This document shows, piece after piece, positions 23,097 to 31,764 of a stretch of 64,000 nt of DNA. The position numbers and the translations under genes are program-made. The stretch comes from Cyanidioschyzon merolae (lineage: Eukaryota), in the NCBI GenBank assembly GCA_000091205.1, contig AP006502.2; one strand, 5' to 3'. The notes under the pieces are model-generated. The model was given only the letters and a program-made list of their open reading frames with translations. It was not told the origin of the DNA and searched no databases. Numbering within the stretch: position 1 is the first letter of the stretch; every line of letters begins with the position of its first letter.

Positions 23097-23483
23097 TTGC
23101 CAGAACTGAACGCTGTGGAGCGCATGAGTCCAGTCCGCATACGTCTTGCGAGGCATGGGCGTCGACACGCGGCGGTGTTCCGTATCGTGGTGGCGGACTC
23201 GCGAGCACCACGCGACGGCCGCTTCCTCGAGCACGTCGGAACCTACAACCCGCGGGTAATTCGAGGGGCGAAGCTCGTTCAGTTCGACGTGAAAAGAACT
23301 CAGTACTGGCTGTCCGTGGGCGCCCAGCCGTCTGAGCGCGTCGCTAAGCTGCTGGGTTTGGCGGGCGTGCTGCCTCCGGCCCCAGTGCGAGGTCGCACGG
23401 CAGCACCGTCTGCAGCGGCACCGCAAAACTTGGGCGCTGTTCGAGGACTCGAATCTCTGGTTCCGACTTTCGCAGTGTCATGA
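23097..23483 (+). CDS. rps16: Bacterial-type ribosomal protein bS16 (organellar ribosome); the true start is probably the Met at 23124
   Basis: '[43 protein letters not shown]...[18 protein letters not shown]' matches bS16 ('[32 protein letters not shown].vG.YNP...[11 protein letters not shown]..LL'). Confidence 0.85.
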   Translation: [128 protein letters not shown]

Positions 23484-24037
23484 GAATTTTAGTCGCGTAC
23501 GCAGCCCATCAGAGCGGGAGGAAAATGACGCGGTTGTGAGAAGCGCACCGGAGCTGTACAGTTCGGAATGTTGCTGGTGCGACAGCTCGCAAATGGCAGA
23601 GTACCTTGCAATATTCCTCAATAGGCGCTATGGAATGCATCGAACAAAGCACATGGCATGTCGAGATAGAAGTTTGGGTTCTGCATTTGCAACTGTTGTT
23701 TTGCAGCGGCATGCTTCGAGCGCCAAATAGCATGTGGTTTGTGAACTGCACTTGAAGGGCCGCTGCAGGCGATATCTCCTGGTCATGTCGTGGCTACGCA
23801 CATGAACGAGAGAATGTACATAGGAAATGGGGAACCTGGTGAATGAACTTCACGATCGCGAAGCTGGGGCGCAGATAGCCGATACCCTAAAAGCGCTCTA
23901 CTCGCTTCTCGAGTCAGCGCGTCTTCGTTCGGATATTTGGAGCACTGGCTGGCAAGCATATTGCAATCTCCTTCAGAGGAGGTCAGAGATACACGCACCT
24001 CATTCCTGTGGAACGCGAAAACTGCACGTAGAGAAGT

Positions 24038-24038
24038 T

Positions 24039-24066
<28 letters not shown>
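24038..24066. repeat. (GGCA)7 tetranucleotide microsatellite
   Basis: The sequence 'ggcaggcaggcaggcaggcaggcaggcagg' sits in an intergenic region between bS16 and LSm2. Confidence 0.9.
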
Positions 24067-24069
<3 letters not shown>

Positions 24070-24468
24070 AGCATAGATGGATCTGCCTCTAGGGCCCCCG
24101 TGGTATGGAAGAAGCGCGCATACATTACTTGTTGCCTCTGAAATTTAAATGGAGTCGAATGAGCGTCTTCGTATTCCCAGGCAATGTCGTGGCACAATTC
24201 CAGACCTCGCGTCGGTGTACCACATACATATGCGCAAGGCTTGCGCTGTACCCCATAAAAATGCTACCTGTAGATATGACGGTAGGCTATTCCACCTAAA
24301 ACATCTCAAGTCGTAGCAACCTTCGCTTCTGTAGACACCACAGCTACCACACCGTGTTCTTGTACGGTTTGGAGCAGCTTCTCCTCGAACCTAAACCGTA
24401 TCAAATTCGCTCCCAGAGGTACACTACGAATGTTAGCAAACGGCTTTGACGGGGACGCTCTCGAGCGG

Positions 24469-24762
24469 CTACTCGCGGAGCTGCCGTGGCTTGCGCTCAT
24501 CCTGTGCATACTCCCAGCTTTTGCTCGGAAGTTGCACGAGCTTGATCATTGTTCCACGGATATGGAGCGCAGCATAGGAAGCCGCTTGCTCGACCGAGTC
24601 CGTTGTCGCGGCCCGTGAAGCCCCAGTTACTCGTGCGCTCTCCAAGTTCAAGTTCATCCACGGATCAACACCAGTTAAAACGCCAGTGCAGTGCTTTCCA
24701 TTTTTCAGCTCCACAGTGACTTGTTGACCAACGGCACCGCGGACGAGTCCGACCGGCAGCAT
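24469..24762 (-). CDS. LSM2: Sm-like protein LSm2 (U6 snRNA-associated)
   Basis: The 97-aa ORF 'MLPVGLVRGAVGQQVTVELKNGKHCTGVLTGVDPWMNLNLESARV...HIRGTMIKLVQLP' aligns to LSm2 'MLFYSFFKSLVGKDVVVELKNDLSICGTLHSVDQYLNIKLTDISV...CFIRGSVVRYVQLP'. Confidence 0.8.
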   Translation of the reverse strand: MLPVGLVRGAVGQQVTVELKNGKHCTGVLTGVDPWMNLNLESARVTGASRAATTDSVEQAASYAALHIRGTMIKLVQLPSKSWEYAQDERKPRQLRE

Positions 24763-25255
24763 CAGCGTTTGTTCTTGTGCAGTCGCTGCGACGCTCTGGA
24801 CTACCGAGCGCTCTACCCGCTACAAAATGCTCGCAAAGAGCGTATAGTCACCCGCCAAGGTGACTCGACAAGCCCTCGACGAGTGCAGAGGTAAACATGG
24901 GCGATTTCTAGCGTAAGAGGCACCTCAGAGACATCTATGTGAATGGTTGGGGCGAGTAGAAATGTTCGGATTCTTCGTTCTGTCTGGCTGTTGCAACGGG
25001 GCGATACGTTGTCACGGGGCTGAAACAAGCAACTGCTGTCGCGTTAGCGCGAGACACTTGACATTTTGAACAAGAGTCGTTTCGATTTACCTGAACTTGG
25101 CGTTACGTGAGTGCAAACTATCGGGCGACTGTGAAAAAGACTCCGTTGGGTGCTTTGGCTGCTGCCACTCCACCGAATCAACCTTAGAAGCGCCTCGCTG
25201 ACACGCGAAGCTGTGGCTCTTTCTAGGCCGCTCGACGAACGAGGCGACTTTTGAC

Positions 25256-26917
25256 GTGTCCGAGCAGATGCAACTTGACAATGGTTCGATTGCGACGTCG
25301 CTGGTGCACGTTGCGACACCAGCAGCAGAGCACGTGTACTGCGTAGCCTGCCAGTGGTCTCCGGCGGACGGGGTCGCTGCTTCAGACGCCAACAACGGCC
25401 ACTCTGCTCCCAGTAAAGCGCTTTCGCCCGAGGCACTGCTCGAAAAGAGACGGCAGCACTACCGCTCTGACTGGCACCGCGTCAACCTGAAGCGTCGCAC
25501 CGCTCAACTACCACCTCTATCGGAGGCTGAGTTCACGGAACGGTGCAGGAACTGGGAAAGCGGCGGTGAAACCGTTCAGATGGATTTCGGCGGACTCGAG
25601 GACGAGAACACCTCAAGCAGCGAGGAACCCTGGAGCAGCTACAGCGTGAAAGTACCTGTGGGATCTGCGCTACCTGAGGACGCCCTGTTCTCCGCCGCTC
25701 GATTTGCGAGGTCGTCAGCCGTGAACGGCGAGCGTCAACCCAGCAGCCGCCGTGTGGCATGCATCTGGTGTCTGAAAGAGTTTTCCAGTGAGAAAGCCCT
25801 GCAACAACACGAGCGTACCGCGAGGCATCGAGAGAAGCTGCGAGAACTTGGCATCCCAGAATCTGATGAGCAGCACCAGCACCAGAAGCAGCAGCAGCAG
25901 CAGCAGCAGCTCATCTCCGGTGCATCAAAGGAAACGAGTCTCGAAACTGCAGACCTGGACGCTTGGCTCGCTGAGCGCATGCAAGAAGCGCGTCCCCTTG
26001 ATATCCACGAATGTCTTTTCTGTAACCACAAGGTTGCCGTTGACGAGAATGTTTCAGAACAGGAGCGCAGCGGCGCTCTCCTTGCAAATCTCCGCCACAT
26101 GGCCAAAGAGCACTCATTCTTTGTGCCCTATATAGAGTACTGCTATGATCTTGCCGGACTCGTACGATACCTGGGAGTCAAGGTCGGTCTTGGCTACTGT
26201 TGCGTGTTCGGGGGAAGGGTCGTGCCGCTCTCGCAAGACACTACGGACTCCGCGGAGCAGCTGTTCGAGCGTCGTGCGGAGGTATTCAGCAGCTTACAGG
26301 CCTGTCGAAATCATATGCGAGATGCTGGGCACTGCCGGTTGCCCGATTTTGATCAGGAGGAGGTTTGGGATGAGTATCAGGAATTCTACAGTTTTACCCC
26401 AGTACGAGCAGACGCGCTGCTGTCGTCTGCCGCGGATGCGAGCGAAGCGCTTTCTCCAGGCACGCCACATGAGGCTGCGGGTGAGGCTGAGTCTGTCGCT
26501 CTTGCGCCATGGGAAAAGTGGGTCTCGGTCGCCGAGGCACCGAGATCTACGCACCCACCAGATGAAGAAGTTGTTGGCCTTCAACTAGGTGCGAGTGGAC
26601 GAACTATTGCACACCGGTCTCTCTGGCGATACTATCGCCAGCGTGTGCATGATCATCACCGCACGCAGCTACCTGTCTGCATTGCTCGACAAGAGCGCCA
26701 GCAGATGGTGCTGGCTTATCAGGAGCTCGCCCACACGGCTGCAATCGGCTTCACTGGACCCGCAGCGTCGCAGCCGTATCCCAGTATTCCACCACGTCGA
26801 GTGCTTGAGCGCTGGCGACGCGACCAGCTCGCACTGGCTGAACGGAACGCAGCGACGCGCCGCGGCCGGGCAGCACGTTCATCCATAGCGGTGCTGAACT
26901 CTGGCTATCGTGGCTAG
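25256..26917 (+). CDS. REI1: Cytoplasmic pre-60S ribosome biogenesis factor REI1/ZNF622 homologue (C2H2 zinc fingers)
   Basis: The first zinc finger plus 'HYRSDWHRVNLKRRTAQLPPLSEAEF' (~25465-25530) matches REI1 'SDWHRYNLKRR'. A second pair, 'CIWCLKEFSSEKALQQHERTARH' and 'CLFCNHK...HSFFVPYIEYCYDLAGLVRYLGVKVGLGYCCVFGG', matches the REI1 C-terminal finger 'CLFC...HGFFIP..EYLVDLEGL..YLGEKV..G..CLYC'. A polyQ run comes from (CAG)8 at ~25886-25909. Confidence 0.85.
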   Translation: MSEQMQLDNGSIATSLVHVATPAAEHVYCVACQWSPADGVAASDANNGHSAPSKALSPEALLEKRRQHYRSDWHRVNLKRRTAQLPPLSEAEFTERCRNWESGGETVQMDFGGLEDENTSSSEEPWSSYSVKVPVGSALPEDALFSAARFARSSAVNGERQPSSRRVACIWCLKEFSSEKALQQHERTARHREKLRELGIPESDEQHQHQKQQQQQQQLISGASKETSLETADLDAWLAERMQEARPLDIHECLFCNHKVAVDENVSEQERSGALLANLRHMAKEHSFFVPYIEYCYDLAGLVRYLGVKVGLGYCCVFGGRVVPLSQDTTDSAEQLFERRAEVFSSLQACRNHMRDAGHCRLPDFDQEEVWDEYQEFYSFTPVRADALLSSAADASEALSPGTPHEAAGEAESVALAPWEKWVSVAEAPRSTHPPDEEVVGLQLGASGRTIAHRSLWRYYRQRVHDHHRTQLPVCIARQERQQMVLAYQELAHTAAIGFTGPAASQPYPSIPPRRVLERWRRDQLALAERNAATRRGRAARSSIAVLNSGYRG

Positions 26918-28171
26918 TAGCGCATGTTGAACAGGATCCTCGGTTGCAGGCGGAATTGCGGCCGATCAGGCGAATAGATGCCGGTGTCTGAACGGAAGGT
27001 GCGCTGTTTGTTGGCGGCTCGCGGCCAGTATCGCAAGTTCGTATGCGGGACGCTGAAGTGGAACCAGTTCCTCAGCTAGCTTCCTGTTTGCACCTGGATG
27101 CTAAGCCTCGATGCTAGCTCTCTATGTGCAGTGTGCAGGACAGCATGCAGGCAAACAATGAAACAGAGCATGATCCTTATTCGTAAACAGGGCCAGTTAT
27201 CGTGCCGACAGACCCAGGATCCGAGTAAAGGAACTTACGCCCTGCACGTCTAGCTCCAGATTCGCAAAGATATGCATGTGAGCACGGGTGCAAGTCCATT
27301 TAAAATCAAGCGTACAGCGCTTGCTCGATAGATAGAGAATCGAGCAGCACGAAAACTGCATGTGGATGTCACGCTGCAGCGACATTTACCTCCATTTTCT
27401 TCGGGCTTGGACGAGCGACAACGGCTGCCAGGTGAGCCAACATCAACAGCCGAGCGCGATGCCGTTCTCCTGCACGCCCAGCAATGATATGCAGAGTGAC
27501 GGATTCCCATTCATTCCATCTGGTCAGCGCTCTTTCGCGACAACTGATATTAATGTAAGCAATCTGTTTGGAGAATTTACATACGCATGCATAAAACGGG
27601 ACCTTGTTTTCGTGCTGTTCTGCCTGGTCGTGAAGCGTAGCGCGATGCGTCGAGTCCTCGGTCGTTTCCGCGGACTGGAGCTATACTGGCGAATCTCGTC
27701 AGTGCACACACGTCAAGTCGACGGATATCTGCCTCTGGAATCGCTGGAATCGTTCACCAGGGATATGGGGAGCACTCGACGCTTCAAGTATGCCCTCTTG
27801 GTGCACGCTGAAGAATCGAATCATGGAACACCAGCATCATCTATCAATCGCCCAGGAAAATCGTTATAGGTATCAAGAAACGGTGCTCCAGCCCCTCGAT
27901 TCAGCGGAACTACACTGCACTAGTGCCGCGCTCTAGACGAAAGTCTGATCCCCGTTCCCCTCGCCACTGCTCTTTGTCCATCAGAATTCTTTAATAATTG
28001 TGCACCATGCCCACACGGCATGCAACACGATTCCCTCGAATATTCATTTGACAAAACGCTGCGGGACGCTTCGGAAGCACGAAGCATTTCCTCACTTTGA
28101 CCGAGGCGTTCAAGTCTCCGCGCAGAAAGTACGTGCACACATGATTGCTGTTGGAATTATACCATAACAAA

Positions 28172-28516
28172 CTACCTGCATTCGACTGCCTCGCCATCTG
28201 GCTGGACGTCAGCATACCGGGAATCATCCCGTACGTTCTGCTCTTTTGTGAGACGCTTCTTCTCTTCCAGTTCCAACGCGTATTTGTGCTTGTGATGCGC
28301 GTATGCTGTCCTAGACGCATCGATGAACATCGGATACATTGGATTGCTGCATTCGTTGTACGTTCTCTTCCGGGGAGCAGCGGTGCAGCCCTTGCGAGCT
28401 AGAATACGTCCAGGGCCACCGGCGACCTTCAAACGAAGCGACGTATCGGAAATTTGCTTTTCTAAATCATAGAGTATACTCGGGAATGCTCGCTGCTTGC
28501 GTTCGTAGAACTGCAA
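28172..28516 (-). mobile_element. Degenerate fragment of the TnpB/Fanzor-like repeat family (RuvC-II-region homologue)
   Basis: ORF 'FPSILYDLEKQISDTSLRLKVAGGPGRILARKGCTAAPRKRTYNEC...IDASRTAYAHH' is clearly homologous to 63081-63548(-) 'FASFFIQLIALKKDRSQRLVVAYGAGRWMAQKGCIPAPTTRTYKEC...LDEFRTSSTHH'. Confidence 0.35.
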
Positions 28517-28540
28517 CCTTTTGCGAACCTCTACTTTGTC

Positions 28541-29158
28541 TCACTGACTCCTGAAAAGTACACTCCGAGTGAGCCTTTCGGACGTTCGCGACTTCAATAA
28601 TAACGAAGCACACAGAGCATGCTTCTCTGCTCGATTAGGTACCGAGCGCGTTGATGTGGCCCTGCTGTCATCATTCCACCTGTTGTTAAACGTACTTGCG
28701 TCCATTACGCTGGATTTCCAACGATATCTAGCTATGGGAAGGTCAGCTCGCATAGCATCTTCTGTCTGGTGTACCAATCCTCGCGGGAATGTTTGATAGA
28801 AGAATTCCAGAGGGATATAGGCAGCTGGCAGCTCTGCGTCTGGAACTGTCACGAACAGTTGCATGACGAGATATGTCACGCCGAGGAAGGCTAAGCGAGA
28901 CTTTCTCGAATAAGAACCTATGCGATCGTCAATGAAGGCGAGCATGAATCGACGCCAAGGATACGTAAGATTCGTCTGCTGATCTGGGAGCGTAGAATTG
29001 GTGTTTGATGTAAGAGAAGACACCTTGAATGGGAACGAACCATGGAGAACGGGCTCGTACGACGATAAGCTCAACGCCAAGCTCAGTTGCGTACTTTTTG
29101 ACCGCTTTTGATTGATGAAAAGCGACATTTTCAGAGAGAGCAGCCACGAAGCGTACAT
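28541..29158 (-). CDS. Hypothetical ORF; possible downstream part of a frame-disrupted PlsC-like acyltransferase gene (very tentative)
   Basis: 205-aa ORF in an AT-richer region. ORFs just upstream on the same strand carry acyltransferase-like motifs, 'AGNQETDSIL' at ~29760-29790 and 'KPGTRQSTGAGRSIL' at ~29660-29695, but they lie in different frames and too close together. Confidence 0.2.
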   Translation of the reverse strand: MYASWLLSLKMSLFINQKRSKSTQLSLALSLSSYEPVLHGSFPFKVSSLTSNTNSTLPDQQTNLTYPWRRFMLAFIDDRIGSYSRKSRLAFLGVTYLVMQLFVTVPDAELPAAYIPLEFFYQTFPRGLVHQTEDAMRADLPIARYRWKSSVMDASTFNNRWNDDSRATSTRSVPNRAEKHALCASLLLKSRTSERLTRSVLFRSQ

Positions 29159-30831
29159 CGCTGAAGAATGAGGTGTCGAATGATCCGGTCTGTTTGGCGA
29201 TTTCTAGGCGACCAAACGATTGATTCGCCGCTGCCACTGGTAGTGTCGCCGTGCTCGCTCGTCGCTGCTTTACGAACAGCGGCTTGTTTACACGTTTGAG
29301 GGCCCAAATACACAGGTCTGCCATTTCTCCGAAATAAAATCTCCCCGAGAAAGACGTACACACGTCAGTCCTGTAATACGTGTTGCAGTTTTACTATGAA
29401 ATAGACGGCGCTGCTCAACGCGCAACCGCCTTCCATGGAAGCGTCTTTTCTTCTCCATCCATGTCTTTTTCTTTCCTTTTGTATCAACGGCACGGCAACT
29501 GTGCATCTTGAGGCTTCTTCTACAGTATTTCTTCGTGAGCATGCAGATTAGAATGGCTTGCTCCGGAGCCAATTGTGTTGATCGAGCTGGAGAAACTCTG
29601 TTTTGTGCGAAAGGCGTTCTGGATACGGACTGCAAGAAGGATGGATCTTCCCGCACCTGTTGATTGCCGAGTACCTGGCTTGGACAGGAGAGGTCTTTTT
29701 CGCACGCTAGTAGAGACACCATCAAGCTAGTCCGCGAACGTTCTCCAATGTGCAGGATAGAATCCGTTTCTTGATTACCTGCCAGAAAAACAAACGCAAA
29801 CAATTAAGGTGTATTGCGACGGGAATTCCAGAATTCACTGCTCTGCATGTAACGATAGGGGGTCGCTGTTGTGCCAACGGACGTACTGCCAACGCCTGTT
29901 GGGCCACGAAGCACACCTACGACCTAGGGGCTACGCAACGCTTCTAGCAAGGGACGTTCGGGTCCCTCGCATTCGCCCCAGGCACCGAGCGGCTCGTCAG
30001 AATGTCAAAGGGCTGCTTCTTGCAAACTCCGCCCTCATCGCGCATAGGTGTAGTGTGCGCTCATGAAGAGTTGGAACAACACAGAATCGCGTCTGTGACA
30101 CTGTTAATTCTGACGCACTTAGTATTGCCCTGCCGACTAACGGAGCTGGAGTGCAACTGTCTCCTTGGTGCCTAGCAACTTCTGGGCGTCACTATGGACG
30201 CCAACTGGTTACCGCTCACGCCCAGTGCAGCGCTGGCATCCGAAGTAGCCCCGCCCGAGCCGCTCCAATATCATGGCCAGTAGACAGACCCGCGAGGTCC
30301 AGGTACAAGTCTCGCGTATTGGACGAGCCCAATGGGCCAGTGCTCGGAGCGCCTCCGCAGTTGCAGGTGCCGAGCAAAGGCCTGTGTCCAGAGACGGCTA
30401 CGCGTTCTCCAAGCGACCGCGAAGATAGCGCCGGACACTGAAACTGTGTCCTGGTCGCCACGGACCTCCAGTGTGACTGCACTTGCCGATTGACAGACAG
30501 CTCGAGCCGATGTAGCAAACAGGCAGAGAATGGCCTTTTGGTCTCTCTTTATGCGTTCGATCACCGGTGCGTCACCGAATCCATCAGGCCCCTATTCCTG
30601 CGAAGCATACCTGTCTGGAACAGTTGGAACGGTTAGTCGTCTGCATGGAAAGTAAACCCGGTTTCCTAATCACGACTACGACTCATACAGCCCGTGTTAC
30701 CTGGCTCTATATAACCGCCTCATCGAAGTCAATGCACGACTCGTTGGCTAAGTACGGTTGGCAGCGGACCCGTTGCACTGCACCAGGCACAGCGCTACAT
30801 GCTACCGTCCAGGCACATGCGCATTCGTGCA

Positions 30832-31665
30832 ATGGACACACCGCGCTCTACACACTGCTCCATCACCGCTGGCGAGTAAGGAGTGGCTGTGGGGAGCGCC
30901 GCCGGGGAGATTCATGCTAGATCGCGACATGGCGTGCAGTGGACACACCGCGCTCTACACACTGCTCCATCACCGCTGGCGAATAAGGAGAGCTGTGGCG
31001 AGCGCCGCCCCCGCCGCCGCCACCGGGGAGATTCATGCTAGATCGCGACTGGCGTGCAATGGACACACCGCGCTCTACACACTGCTCCATCACCGCTGGC
31101 GAATAAGGAGTGGCTGTGGGGAGCGCCGCCCCCGCCGCCGCCACCGGGGAGATTCATGCTAGATCGCGACGGGCGTGCAATGGACACACCGCGCTCTACA
31201 CACTGCTCCATCACCGCTGGCGAATAAGGAGTGGCTGTGGGGAGCGCCGCCCCCGCCGCCGCCACCGGGGAGATTCATGCTAGATCGCGACGGGCGTGCA
31301 ATGGACACACCGCGCTCTACACACTGCTCCATCACCGCTGGCGAGTAAGGAGTGGCTGTGGCGAGCGCCGCCCCCCGCCGCCGCCACCGGGGAGATTCAT
31401 GCTAGATCGCGACATGGCGTGCAATGGACACACCGCGCTCTACACACTGCTCCATCACCGCTGGCGAGTAAGGAGTGGCTGTGGCGAGCGCCGCCCCCGC
31501 CGCCGCCACCGGGGAGATTCATGCTAGATCGCGACATGGCGTGCAATGGACACACCGCGCTCTACACACTGCTCCATCACCGCTGGCGAGTAAGGAGTGG
31601 CTGTGGCGAGCGCCGCCCCCCGCCGCCGCCACCGGGGAGATTCATGCTAGATCGCGACATGGCGT
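30832..31665. repeat. Tandem minisatellite of ~7 units, each about 109-123 bp
   Basis: Unit 'tggacacaccgcgctctacacactgctccatcaccgctggcga(g/a)taaggag(t/a)(g/)gctgtgg(g/c)gagcgccgcc(ccc)gccgccgccaccggggagattcatgctagatcgcgac(at/gg)gcgtgcaa'. It starts at ~30832, 30940, 31060, 31181, 31302, 31425 and 31547, then decays at ~31665. The length varies at the (CCG)n core. The array ends ~100 bp upstream of the GWD ATG. Confidence 0.9.
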
Positions 31666-31764
31666 CGTGTCGCATCGATCTGCGCCAACAGATCACGTGC
31701 GGTTCGCACGCTACCGTCAAGCGTTTTCCCTCGCCGCACAGCGCATTCCACAGAGCCAACGAGT

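Noticed and set aside
30832-31665. Could the regular ~121-bp repeat array be a CRISPR locus?
   Set aside because: The units are directly contiguous with no unique spacers. Unit length varies through (CCG)n slippage and the sequence is eukaryotic. It is a minisatellite.
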